DNA of 64,000 bases from an uncultured Acidobacteriota bacterium (GCA_963764715.1 CAVXTP010000009.1:1-64000); one strand, 5' to 3'. Shown: positions 1 through 9,374, numbered from the stretch's first letter. Notes: generated by a model not told the origin, from the letters alone. Numbers and translations are program-made.

Positions 1-88
1 TCGGATCGTCGAGAGCGGTCGCCCGACCGCCGACACCGAGGAGAGTGACGAGCGCGAGGAACGCGAAACGAGACACCCGAATCTTCAT
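1..88 (-). CDS. Secreted protein, 5' part only (runs off the window edge)
   Basis: ATG at 88 with GGAGG RBS; MKIRVSRFAFLALVTLLGVGGRATALDDP resembles a signal peptide. Confidence 0.6.
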   Translation of the reverse strand, partial: MKIRVSRFAFLALVTLLGVGGRATALDDP

Positions 89-430
89 GGCCGTCCTCCA
101 TTCACCATTCGCCGTTGTGGGTCCACGGCGAGCAACGTTTCGCGAGCGGCCGCTCATCCCGTTTAACCCGACGCTAAGACGCACTCACACGCGGCGCCGT
201 GGCGCGGACTGTAAGAGTTTCTAGTATCGCGACGCCGCGCCTCGCGATGAGATTGGGCGCGGCCGGGACGCGCGAGCGGCGAATGCAGGGTCCGTCGCGT
301 GGCACTTCTCCGAGGACGCTGCGCGGTCGCCGAAGCAGGAATTGCGGACTCGCGATCGGAAACCGCGACTCCGCGGACGGTACCGCGCCGTGCCGCTGCA
401 GGCGGGTCGCGCGCTCGTGCGCGCTCGACG

Positions 431-1933
431 TCAGCGCGGCGTTTTCGCGGCCGCGACGAGCTCGAGGAGCTTCTCCCAGGGCGTCGGGTCGCTGTGCGTC
501 GCGAAGACGGTCCGGACCCGCAGCTTCTCGCGCCGCGCGACCTCGGCGACCTCCCAGGCGTACTCCGGCGGTCCGCCCCGGCCGGCCTGGAAGAGATCGC
601 TCGCGTAGAGGAGGCCGTGCTCGGGCAGGAAGGCGAGCATCATGCGCTCTCCGGTCTCGACGCGGGCGGGAAAGAGCTCGATCCGGTTCGGGCCGTCGCC
701 GATCACGGTGCGCCGGGACACGGGATGGAGGATCGGCTTGCGGGGCGCGCGGGCGAGCGCGTCGGGGTGGAAGCGATGCGGGCTTTCGAGGGCGCGGCGG
801 ATCTGCGGAACGTTGTGGTCGAGAAGGTAGACGGGGATTCCGCGGGCCGCGTACTCCCGGATGCCGCCGAAATGGGGCCAGGAATCCGACGTTGTCACGA
901 CGGCCTTGACGGCCCGCGTGCCGGGGAACCGGCGCCCCGCCTCTTCGAGCACGCGGGCAGAGTAACCGGCGGAGATCGGAGCCTCGAGCACGACGACACC
1001 GTCCTTCTGACGGACGAGCGCCACGCCCCAGGAGCCCGGCACGTAGACGACGCCGGGCGCGAGCTCCACGGCGGGACGCGACGGGTCCCCGAACGCGGGG
1101 TCCTCCAGCGAGCGACTCGAGCGCGTGGCGAACGCTTGCTTCGCGGCGTCGGGTATGACGAAGGCGTCGGCCGGCGGCATCGCGCCGGGCTCGATCTTCG
1201 TGATCGTGAGCGAGCGCCAGTGCCGCCCCCCGCGCTCGACGTCCCACTGTAAAGGGTAGAAGAGGCCGCCCGGCCGGATGTCCCAGTACGAATACGCGAC
1301 GCGGGTGGTCACGTCGCCCCAGATCTGCCAGTAGAGGCTCTCCGGATACGGCCGCCGGATCTCGACCGCTGTGAGGAAGCCGGTCTCGCTGTTCAGAAAT
1401 ACTCGCTTCCGGCCTTCGCCCGAACCGAACGAGACGGCATGGTGAGGTACGCCCTGCAGGGTCGTGTCGGGTTCCCGCCGCAGGTCGGGGGCCGCGGCGG
1501 CATAGAGGAGGAGCTGCTGCGGCGCCAGCGCCATCCACTCCTGCGCCTCGACGATGTCGGCCTTGCTCGCGGGCCCCCACGATTCCCCGAACCGCCGCGC
1601 AGCCGCTCCGTCGGCGACGATTGTCCGCATCGAGTAGGTCGTGTCGGCGATCGCCGCTTCGGTCGTCTCGTCCCACCGCCCGGCCCGAGCGTCCCAGAGC
1701 TCCGTCGTCCGCTCGATCTGGGGGATCCAGGGGCCCTCCGGCCGCTCGGACTGCTCGAGCAGGTTGCGATAGCCGACCCATTCGAGGCGCATCGTCGCGA
1801 GCGATGAGAGCGCGTCCTGTCCGCCCATGCGCTCGACGGCGATCTCGACCAGCCGGAGCGCGGAGGGGTCGGGCCCGCCCGTGGCGACCGTGGCGTGTGC
1901 CGCGGCTGCGGCGAGAAGCAGGGTATTCAGCAC
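431..1933 (-). CDS. Secreted MBL-fold metallo-hydrolase-like protein
   Basis: Signal peptide; C-terminal VVLEAP..VTTSDSWPHFGG..SDLF..THSDP resembles a divergent MBL fold. Confidence 0.7.
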   Translation of the reverse strand: MLNTLLLAAAAAHATVATGGPDPSALRLVEIAVERMGGQDALSSLATMRLEWVGYRNLLEQSERPEGPWIPQIERTTELWDARAGRWDETTEAAIADTTYSMRTIVADGAAARRFGESWGPASKADIVEAQEWMALAPQQLLLYAAAAPDLRREPDTTLQGVPHHAVSFGSGEGRKRVFLNSETGFLTAVEIRRPYPESLYWQIWGDVTTRVAYSYWDIRPGGLFYPLQWDVERGGRHWRSLTITKIEPGAMPPADAFVIPDAAKQAFATRSSRSLEDPAFGDPSRPAVELAPGVVYVPGSWGVALVRQKDGVVVLEAPISAGYSARVLEEAGRRFPGTRAVKAVVTTSDSWPHFGGIREYAARGIPVYLLDHNVPQIRRALESPHRFHPDALARAPRKPILHPVSRRTVIGDGPNRIELFPARVETGERMMLAFLPEHGLLYASDLFQAGRGGPPEYAWEVAEVARREKLRVRTVFATHSDPTPWEKLLELVAAAKTPR

Positions 1934-2104
1934 GGATGGTTCTCCTTGCGGATGCCTACGAAGCTCCCGCCGCCAAGGTTCTGCCGAGCCCGGATCGCCA
2001 GGAGGAAGGCGTCGAGAGCCAGTGGAGACCCAGGGCCGGCCGCCCCGGACGGTGAGCGACCGGGGCGAGCCGACGCCGAGGTGGGTTTCGGCGGCCGTGA
2101 CGCC

Positions 2105-3278
2105 TCAGGCTCCGACTTTCGGCGCCCGTCGTTCGGCCGGGCTCGTCGGCTGACCGCGAAGCACCCGCTCCACGGTCCTCGGGCCGGCGTCGGCGTGCTC
2201 GAGCGCGGAATGGTCGGTGAGCACCTCGTCGCTCAGATATCGAGGCGAGCCAGATGCGCTCGATGATCGGATATGCCGCGACTATCGGCAGCGCGAGGAT
2301 GGCGCCCGCAACGCCGAAGAGCTCGCCCCCGACGATGAGCGCCGTGAGCACGACCAGGCTCGACAGGCGGAGGCGATTCCCGTAAACGCGGGGGATGATC
2401 ACGTAGTTCTCGAGCACGTGATAGGCCGCATACAGGCCGAGAACGATCAGCGCCGTCCCGGGCGACACGGACAGCGCGATCGCCACGGGCAGCACGGTCG
2501 CGATGATGATGCCGAGCACCGGGATGACGTCACAGAGAGCGGCGACAAGCGCCATCGGCATGGCGGCGGGGACGTGGAGCAGGCTCAACACCGTGAACGC
2601 GAAGAGCCCGAAGAGCGCCGAAGTCAGGAGCTGGCCCTGGACGTAGGCCGTGATGACGCGCGAGACCTCCAGCGTGGTCTCGCCCATGCGGTGCCGGTGC
2701 CGTCGCGGCACGTAGGCGAGCAGCCAGGCATAGGCGCGGCGTCCGTCGACGAGCAGATAGATGACCAGGGCGAGCCCGACGATCGCCGCGGTGACGCCGA
2801 CGACGGCGAGCTGCCCCCAGGCGAGCGGCCGCTTCAGCGACGCGGCCACTTCCGGCGATGACGGCAGCGCGAGCGCCTGGACCACGATCCCGCGGACGAA
2901 GGCGGGCTGGCCGGCCAGCCGCTGCTCGGCGTTCGTCCGGTAGGTCCGATAGTTGTCGACGAGCGTCGAAAGCTGGGCGAAGAGCTCGGGAAGGACGAGC
3001 CAGACCACGGCGGCGCCGCAGGCGACGAACAGACCCGCCACCAGCATCACCGCGACCCCTCGCTTCAGTCCTCGCTTCTCAAGCGCCTCGATGGCCGGGG
3101 CCAGGGCCAGTGCGAGGAGGGTCGCGATGAGGAACAGGAGGATCGCCGAACCGAGCTCCAGCAGAGCCCAGACGAGAGCCGCCGCGATCAAGACCTTGAG
3201 GATCGTCGAGACGGGAACACGCAACTCGACGGACGAGCGCGTCTCGTCCGGGATCACGCTCCGCGGGTTGCCCGCCAC
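2105..3278 (-). CDS. AI-2E family transporter (probable 1-nt frameshift near 2245)
   Basis: Multi-TM protein with YVQGQLL, ENYVIIPRVYG, GGELFGVAGAILALP motifs; alternate frame gives a natural C-terminus ending at 2105. Confidence 0.85.
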
Positions 3279-3386
3279 TCAGTCCATCCCCGTCTTCGCA
3301 TGAGGTTCCCGGACTTCCCTGGACCGGGGGGAACCCACCTGGCGCAACGCGGTCGTCAAGGCGTTCTCGCGAAGGAACCGACGCAT
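3279..3386 (-). pseudogene. DUF6766-like remnant (N- and C-termini fused in frame)
   Basis: MRRFLRENALTT-ALRQVGSPRSREVREPHAKTGMD resembles both ends of DUF6766 membrane proteins with the middle missing. Confidence 0.55.
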
Positions 3387-3506
3387 GACAGGCTCTCGCC
3401 GGGTTTTCATGTGAATGGGTGCCCTTGAATGAAGACCGGCCCCGTCGGGCAGGGGTCCTGATTTCGAACGGCCCTCTCCCGGAGGGAGGGTTCGAAGATC
3501 CCGAAG

Positions 3507-3522
3507 TGCATGCCGTGTGCCA
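3507..3522 (-). promoter_or_regulatory. Sigma54 -24/-12 promoter
   Basis: TGGCACACGGCATGCA on the minus strand, upstream of the DUF6766 remnant and AI-2E gene. Confidence 0.75.
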
Positions 3523-3583
3523 TCCCGGGCGAACGACCCGGGCAGACGCCGACATCGCGGGGACCCGCGCGGACGAGGAGGAC

Positions 3584-5422
3584 TCAGGCCGGCGGGCCGG
3601 GCTGCAGGCCCGACGCCGGAGGCAGGAGAGCCGTTCGGGTCCGGGTCTCACGCTTGTGGGCGCTTTTCGCCGGCAGGCGGACGGTGAAGGTGATCCGCCC
3701 GTCGCCGCACGCGACCCGGATCGAGCCGCCGTGGGCCCGGACGATCTCGCGGCTGATGTAGAGGCCGAGGCCCAGGCCGCGGGACGGCCGGCGCTGCTCG
3801 CCGGTTCCCCGGCGGAAGGGCTCGAAGATGGCGTCCCGCGTGGCCTCCGGGATCTCCGGGCCCCGGTTGGAGACCTCGAGGACGGCGTCGTCGCCGTCGC
3901 GGGACGTCGTGATCTCGACGGGCTCGGCCGCCGAGCCGTGGTCGAGGGCATTGACGACCAGATTCGAGACGACCTGCGCGAGGCGGTCGGCGTCCCACTC
4001 CCCGGACAGATCCTCCCCCTGGCCGAACCGGAATCGGCCGGGGGACTGCGCCTCGATCTCGCCGAGGACGGTCCGGCAGACCGCCCGCAGGTCGCAGGGG
4101 TGGGGGGAGATCTCGATCCCGCCCCCGAGGCGGGTCCGCGTGAAGTCGAGGAGCTGGCCGATCATGCGGGTCATCCGGTCGCCGCTGCCGGCCATCCGCG
4201 TGACGACGTGCTGGAGGGACTCGGGAGCGTGGCGCCGGAGGTAGAAGAGCGAGGCGGTGATCGCGTTCAGCGGGTTCCGCAGGTCGTGACCGAGCGTCGC
4301 CAGGAACATCTCGCGCGTCCGTTCGCGGTCGCGCTCGATCTCGCGCCAGACGCTGAGGTCGCGCGCCGTCTTCGAGACGGCGATGATCTTCCCCGTCTCG
4401 TCGCGGACCGGCGAGGCGGTGACGGAGACCTCGATCAGCGTTCCGTCCTTGCGGCGCCGGATCGTCTCGTAGTGCTCGACGCGCTCCCCGCGCGCGATTC
4501 GCGAGATGATCCCGAGGTAATCCTCGCTGCGCTCGAGCGGCATGAGGATCTGGATCGACCGGCCGATCATCTCGTCGGCGCTGTATCCGAAGAGCCGCTC
4601 GGCCGCCGAGTTCCAGGAGAGAACGCGGCCTTCGAGATCCTTGGAGATGATCGCGTCGTCGCTCGAGCTCACGATGGCCGCGAGCTGGCGCGCGGCCTGC
4701 TCGCCGACGCGGCGATCGGTGACGTTCGCGGCGACGCCGGTCACCTGGAAGACCCGGCCGCCCTTCGAGATCGCGCGTCCCTGGGCATTGATCCACTGGA
4801 CGGAACCGACGGGCGGCTGGATGCGAAAGCTCAGGTCGAAGTCGGCGCCCTCGCGCACCGCGCGATCCAGGGCGTCTTCCACGCGGGGAGCATCATCCGG
4901 GCAAACGAATCGCAGGAATCCGCGGATGCCGTCGCCCAAGGATCCGCGCGCCAGCCCGAGAACGGCCTCGAAGTTCGAGGACCAGGTCGCCTTGCCGGAG
5001 GCGACGTCCACAGTCCAGTAGCCCATGTGCGCCGCGTCGAGAGCCTGGTCGAGGGTCTCCTTTCGGGCATCCGCCAGCTCCCGGGCGCGTCGCGCCTGTT
5101 CGATCGCGACCACAATGGTGGCGCCGACCGGGAGAAAGAGCGCGTACGCGGCCCAGTCGCTCGGCCCCGACATCCACCATCGGATGCGCGGCTCGAAAAC
5201 GAGCCCCCCGAGAATGGAGGAAGCCGCGAGCGCGAAGAACCCGGGCCCGAGCCCGCCGAGCCAGCTCGCGACCATGATCGCGGGAAAGAAGTAGAGGAAC
5301 GGCAGACGCGCGCCTCCGAGGGGAATCGTGACGACGCGGAGAAGCTGGGCGAGCAGGACCGCCGCGAACGCAACCGCGTAACGGCTCGCGGTCGAGGAGA
5401 GGAAGCTGCGACGCGGATTCAT
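3584..5422 (-). CDS. Membrane sensor histidine kinase (DUF4118-PAS-PAS-HisKA-HATPase)
   Basis: TM N-terminus, two PAS domains, GHDLRNPL H-box, GLGLGL G2 box. Confidence 0.92.
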   Translation of the reverse strand: MNPRRSFLSSTASRYAVAFAAVLLAQLLRVVTIPLGGARLPFLYFFPAIMVASWLGGLGPGFFALAASSILGGLVFEPRIRWWMSGPSDWAAYALFLPVGATIVVAIEQARRARELADARKETLDQALDAAHMGYWTVDVASGKATWSSNFEAVLGLARGSLGDGIRGFLRFVCPDDAPRVEDALDRAVREGADFDLSFRIQPPVGSVQWINAQGRAISKGGRVFQVTGVAANVTDRRVGEQAARQLAAIVSSSDDAIISKDLEGRVLSWNSAAERLFGYSADEMIGRSIQILMPLERSEDYLGIISRIARGERVEHYETIRRRKDGTLIEVSVTASPVRDETGKIIAVSKTARDLSVWREIERDRERTREMFLATLGHDLRNPLNAITASLFYLRRHAPESLQHVVTRMAGSGDRMTRMIGQLLDFTRTRLGGGIEISPHPCDLRAVCRTVLGEIEAQSPGRFRFGQGEDLSGEWDADRLAQVVSNLVVNALDHGSAAEPVEITTSRDGDDAVLEVSNRGPEIPEATRDAIFEPFRRGTGEQRRPSRGLGLGLYISREIVRAHGGSIRVACGDGRITFTVRLPAKSAHKRETRTRTALLPPASGLQPGPPA

Positions 5423-5429
5423 CGACCTC

Positions 5430-5909
5430 CTACCTTCGGAGACTCTCCACCAGGGCGAGAAGGCGGGCGTAGTTCACGGGCTTGACGAAGAGGCCGGCGT
5501 CCCGGACGCGCGCCGGAGCGTCCACCGAGGCCGAAGCCGTCACGATGGCCACGGGAATCTGCGCGAACCGGGGGTCGGACGCCAGGCGCCGGCAGAGCTC
5601 CCAGCCGTCCATCACGGGCATCCGCAGGTCGAGGAGGATGAGCGACGGCCGCGCACCGTCCTCGAGCAGGTCGAGGGCCTCGCGCCCGTGCCGCGCGCGG
5701 AGCACCGCCACCTCCTCGCCCTCGAGAAGCTCCGCGACGGCCTCGAGCGTGTCGGGCTCATCCTCCACCACCAGAACGGCAAACCCCTCCTCGGGGTCGA
5801 GGTCGCGGCGGTCCGCGGGGCCGCTGCCCGGCCCTGGCCCGTCGCCGGAATGGCGGCCGTGTTCAGGGGCGGTCATGCGACCAGGGAAGGCTTCCCGGGA
5901 CGCTTCCAT
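5430..5909 (-). CDS. Single-domain response regulator
   Basis: VLVVEDE..ILLDLRMPVMDG..FVKPV; start could be 5909 or 5876. Confidence 0.88.
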   Translation of the reverse strand: MEASREAFPGRMTAPEHGRHSGDGPGPGSGPADRRDLDPEEGFAVLVVEDEPDTLEAVAELLEGEEVAVLRARHGREALDLLEDGARPSLILLDLRMPVMDGWELCRRLASDPRFAQIPVAIVTASASVDAPARVRDAGLFVKPVNYARLLALVESLRR

Positions 5910-6000
5910 TGCGGGGGAGCTTACGCCGAAAGGGGCGCTCCCCCCCTCCGGCGCCGGACGCTGTTTCGTGGACAAAAGAAGGCCTCCCGGCCGGTCTGGT

Positions 6001-6016
6001 TGCAAGGAGCGTACCG
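6001..6016 (-). promoter_or_regulatory. Sigma54 -24/-12 promoter
   Basis: CGGTACGCTCCTTGCA upstream of the RR-HK pair. Confidence 0.65.
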
Positions 6017-6045
6017 ACGCCGGCCTCAAAGGCGGCGCGGGGCGC

Positions 6046-6225
6046 TCAGTCGAGTGACCGGAGGTACGCCGCGATCGCCTCGGCGTCCTCGCGCGACATC
6101 CGAAAGGGCGGCATGGGCCGGTCCGGAGCGGTGCCGTTCTTCGTGATGCCTTCGCGAAGGAGCTGGATCAGGGCGGCCTCAGGATACGCGTCGACGCCGC
6201 GGATGTTCGGGGCCCGCGAGGCCCA
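6046..6225 (-). pseudogene. C-terminal remnant of a cytochrome c
   Basis: WASRAPNIRG..LLREGITKNGTAPDRPMPPFRMSREDAEAIAAYLRSLD*; no start codon or CxxCH seen upstream in frame. Confidence 0.6.
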
Positions 6226-6285
6226 GAAATCGCGCGCGCCCGGGCACTCTCCCGGCTCCCGAGCTGCTCGAGGCCGTGCGCTGGT

Positions 6286-6489
6286 CTATGTCTTCTTCGA
6301 TCCGCCCTTCTTCCGGGGGACCCTGGCGCCCGCCTTGCGGGCCTCCGAAAGCCCGATCGCGATGGCCTGCTTGCGGCTCGTGACCTTCTTGCCGGAGCGC
6401 CCCGATCTCAGCTTGCCGCGCTTCTTCTCGTGCATCGCGCGCTCGACCTTCTCACTCACTTTCTTTCCGTATTTTCGAGTCGCTGCCAT
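6286..6489 (-). CDS. DUF6496 family small basic protein
   Basis: KVERAMHEKKRGKLRSGRSGKKVTSRKQAIAIGLSEARKAG; GGAGG RBS. Confidence 0.9.
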   Translation of the reverse strand: MAATRKYGKKVSEKVERAMHEKKRGKLRSGRSGKKVTSRKQAIAIGLSEARKAGARVPRKKGGSKKT

Positions 6490-6514
6490 GTGGTTCCTCC
6501 CACTCGGAGATTCA

Positions 6515-6530
6515 AGCAAGAGCCGTTCCG
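6515..6530 (-). promoter_or_regulatory. Sigma54 -24/-12 promoter
   Basis: CGGAACGGCTCTTGCT, 25 bp upstream of the DUF6496 ATG. Confidence 0.75.
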
Positions 6531-6571
6531 GCGACGGCCGGGGACGGTGTCCGCTCGGAACCCCTCAGGCC

Positions 6572-7357
6572 TCAGGCCGGGACTTCCGCCGCCAGGCTCC
6601 GGGAGGCGCGGGACGCGCGAACGGTCCTCTTGCCGGCGGAGGCCACGACGACTTCGTCCCTCGGCTCGCGGGCCGCGTCGAGGATGGCCTCGACCACCGG
6701 ACGGGGGTCGCGAGCCGTCGGCGGCTCGAGGATCGGTCCGCGGTCGCCGGCCCCGTGCCGGAGAAACGCCGTGTCGTGGACGTCGGGGAGGATGGTGCAG
6801 ACATGGATGTCGCGCGCCGCGTCCCCCTCCTCCTCGAGCTCGAGGCGAAGGGCCGCGGAAAGGCCGACCACGCCGTGCTTGGCCGCCGCGCAGGACGCGT
6901 AGAAGGGCGCCGGGATCTTTCCGATCACCGAGGCGAGGTTGATGAGCGTCCCGCTCTTCTGCCTGTGGAACTCGCGCAGGGCGACGTAGCTTCCGTAGAC
7001 GGTCCCGAGCAGCGTCGTGTCGATGACCTGAACGTGGTCCTCCAGCGGAACGACCTCGAATCGGCCCACGGTCCCCGCGCCGGCGTTGTTGATCCACACG
7101 TCGATCCGGCCGAACCGGTCGACGGTCTCGCGGCCGAGCTCCGCGACGTCGATCGGGTCGCCGACGTCGATTTCCTTCGACAGGGCCTCGCCGCCCGCCG
7201 AGGCACAGGCCGCTTCGACCTGGAGGATCTCTTCCCGGCCGCCGACGCCGAGGGCGACCGACGCCCCGGCCCGGGCGAAGGCCACGGCGGCTCCGCGGCC
7301 GAAGCCGCTCGAGGCGCCGGTGATGACGACGATCTTGCCGCGCAGGTCGGTCACCAT
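6572..7357 (-). CDS. SDR family oxidoreductase (catalytic Tyr apparently replaced)
   Basis: TGASSGFG and NNAG motifs; the YxxxK position reads CAAAK. Confidence 0.85.
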   Translation of the reverse strand: MVTDLRGKIVVITGASSGFGRGAAVAFARAGASVALGVGGREEILQVEAACASAGGEALSKEIDVGDPIDVAELGRETVDRFGRIDVWINNAGAGTVGRFEVVPLEDHVQVIDTTLLGTVYGSYVALREFHRQKSGTLINLASVIGKIPAPFYASCAAAKHGVVGLSAALRLELEEEGDAARDIHVCTILPDVHDTAFLRHGAGDRGPILEPPTARDPRPVVEAILDAAREPRDEVVVASAGKRTVRASRASRSLAAEVPA

Positions 7358-7968
7358 GTCTCCCTCCGCGCCGCGCGCCCCTGGGGGCGGTCGACGAGCC
7401 TCGCTTTCGCCTGTCGCAGTCGCGCTCCGAGCTCCTCGAGCTTCGCGGGCGGCCAGGCCCGCTCGATCTCGGCGAACAGGTCTCGCTCCTCCTCGGCCCA
7501 CTCGCGCAGCACGATGCGCGACAGCACGGCGACCTTGGCTTCGTACCGGGCGTCGAATGGCGAGAGCGCGCCGATCTCCCGCGCCAGTCCCCGGATGATC
7601 CGGTGGGCCTCCTGGGATTCCGCCAGGAGCGCGTGGATGTGAACGTCGCGGATTGCGCGGCAGGCGGGAACGAAGACGCGGTCGAGGAGGCGGGTGTGGA
7701 TCTCGAGCAGCCGGCGCACCTGGCCGACGATGTCCCGCCGGCTGCGGCCGTCGCGGGCCTCGACGTCGTCGAGCCGCCGGAGCAGCGCTCGCACGACCTG
7801 GTGCTCGTGGGAGAGGAGGCGCGTGGCGCTCAGGTCGCCCTCGGCACGGCGCGTCAGCATGTTGACCACGCGGGCCAGCGGGCGCGCCGGGTCCGCGGTC
7901 GACCCCCGCACGGGTTTCGAGGCCGTCCGCCGCCGGCCGGGAACGCGCGGTTTCGGGAGATCGGGCAT
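7351..7968 (-). CDS. Hemerythrin-like (HHE) domain protein, degenerate ligands
   Basis: LLSHEHQVV..LEIH..ESQEAH..EEERDLF..LEELGARL pattern. Confidence 0.7.
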   Translation of the reverse strand: MPDLPKPRVPGRRRTASKPVRGSTADPARPLARVVNMLTRRAEGDLSATRLLSHEHQVVRALLRRLDDVEARDGRSRRDIVGQVRRLLEIHTRLLDRVFVPACRAIRDVHIHALLAESQEAHRIIRGLAREIGALSPFDARYEAKVAVLSRIVLREWAEEERDLFAEIERAWPPAKLEELGARLRQAKARLVDRPQGRAARRETW

Positions 7969-7995
7969 GAGATTCGTTCCTCCGGCGTTGAAACG

Positions 7996-8011
7996 AGCAA
8001 GAGCCGTGCCT
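7996..8011 (-). promoter_or_regulatory. Sigma54 -24/-12 promoter
   Basis: AGGCACGGCTCTTGCT. Confidence 0.8.
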
Positions 8012-8033
8012 CCACGCCTCTGGAGGGGGAATT

Positions 8034-8049
8034 CGGCTCTAACATTGCA
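8034..8049 (+). promoter_or_regulatory. Sigma54 -24/-12 promoter
   Basis: CGGCTCTAACATTGCA upstream of the LigD-PE gene. Confidence 0.65.
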
Positions 8050-8075
8050 CCCGCTCGCGCGGGGAGGACCGCGGA

Positions 8076-8846
8076 ATGTCACTCGTCAACTACCGCAAGC
8101 GGCGTCGCTTCCAGGTGACGCCGGAGCCGCGCGGCCGCAGCCCCCGCCCGCGCCGCTCGGGCCTGCGCTACGTGATCCAGAAGCACCGCGCGACGGCGCT
8201 CCACTACGACTTCCGGCTGGAGTGGAAGGGCGTGATGCTCTCCTGGGCCGTCCCGAAGGGACCGTCGCTCGATCCGTCCGTCAAGCGCATGGCGATGCCG
8301 ACGGAGGAGCATCCCATCGAATACAACAAGTTCGAGGGCGTCATCCCCGAGGGCGAGTACGGTGGAGGGACCGTGATGATCTGGGACCGCGGAACCTGGA
8401 CTCCCGAGACCGAGGACGTGGACGACGGGCTGAAGAAGGGGGAGCTGAAGTTCCGGCTGGACGGGGAGAAGCTCCACGGCTCCTGGGTGCTCGTCCGCAC
8501 GCGGCGGCCCGGGGAAAAGCGCCCCGCCTGGCTCCTGATCAAGCACCGCGACGACGGCGCGAGCAAGCGCGACATCGCCGACGAGGAGCCGCGCTCCGTC
8601 GTTTCGCATCGCCTGCTCGTCGAGATCGCGCGGGACGAGGGCGGCAACATGGAGAAGGCGGCCGACGGCGATCCGCCCGCGCTCCTGCGCCGCATGCTGG
8701 AATCGCCGGAGCGCGTCATGCCGGCGTCACGCCGCCGGAAGAAGTCGGTCTGGCACTCGGACCGCGAGCCCGCGCGCGCGAAGAAGAAGAAATCGACGCC
8801 GCTCCGCGCCCGAAAGAAGGCGCCCCGGGCTTCCCGGAGCGCCTGA
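8076..8846 (+). CDS. Stand-alone LigD 3'-phosphoesterase (DNA ligase D N-terminal domain)
   Basis: YVIQKHRATALHYDFRLE..SWAVPKGPSLDP..TEEHP..GEYGGGTVMIWDRG. Confidence 0.95.
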   Translation: MSLVNYRKRRRFQVTPEPRGRSPRPRRSGLRYVIQKHRATALHYDFRLEWKGVMLSWAVPKGPSLDPSVKRMAMPTEEHPIEYNKFEGVIPEGEYGGGTVMIWDRGTWTPETEDVDDGLKKGELKFRLDGEKLHGSWVLVRTRRPGEKRPAWLLIKHRDDGASKRDIADEEPRSVVSHRLLVEIARDEGGNMEKAADGDPPALLRRMLESPERVMPASRRRKKSVWHSDREPARAKKKKSTPLRARKKAPRASRSA

Positions 8847-8931
8847 CTGGCGACGCGACGACCTGTCGCGCCGCACGATTCGCTCTGCGAAGGTCGCTGT
8901 CCGTCGGAGTCGCGTGCGACCGGCGGCCGCC

Positions 8932-9231
8932 TCAGCCCCGATCGTGCCCGGCGACCTTGACGATCTTGTTGTAGAGGCCGAGGACGAGAAGGGTCGGCGC
9001 CCACTGGCCGATGAAATTGCTCAGGTGCCTGGTCTTCTTGTTGCCCGAGATCTGCAGGGCGAGCGAGAGGGCCATCGAGCCGACGGAGGCCCACAGGAAG
9101 ACGTCCGAGGGAAGTTGCGCTGTCTTCGATTCGATGGCCCGGGCCACCGGGCCTTCCTTCTGCTCCATGGCTTCGATCGCCTCTTCGGGATCGTGCGATT
9201 CGAACTGTCCGCTCTTGACACGTGGTTCCAT
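8932..9231 (-). CDS. Conserved small membrane protein (stress-associated)
   Basis: EGPVARAIESKTAQLPSDVFLW..FIGQWAPTLLVLGLYNKIVK; GGAGG RBS. Confidence 0.85.
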   Translation of the reverse strand: MEPRVKSGQFESHDPEEAIEAMEQKEGPVARAIESKTAQLPSDVFLWASVGSMALSLALQISGNKKTRHLSNFIGQWAPTLLVLGLYNKIVKVAGHDRG

Positions 9232-9272
9232 CGTTACCTCCAGGAAATAAAGATCGACTCGAGTGTTTGCGA

Positions 9273-9288
9273 TGCAGTCCGTGTGCCA
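9273..9288 (-). promoter_or_regulatory. Sigma54 -24/-12 promoter
   Basis: TGGCACACGGACTGCA. Confidence 0.75.
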
Positions 9289-9333
9289 CGCCCGCTGAAA
9301 TCCGCCGGAAGCCCGCCGCCGGCGGTCCGCAAC

Positions 9334-9349
9334 TGGCAAGCGGCTTGCT
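9334..9349 (+). promoter_or_regulatory. Sigma54 -24/-12 promoter
   Basis: TGGCAAGCGGCTTGCT. Confidence 0.8.
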
Positions 9350-9374
9350 CGATGAGGAGCCTGAGGGACGAACG

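Noticed and set aside
89-430. Long intergenic region with a hairpin as a riboswitch
   Set aside because: No recognisable aptamer consensus and no GG-N10-GC found; a single GC-rich hairpin is not enough.
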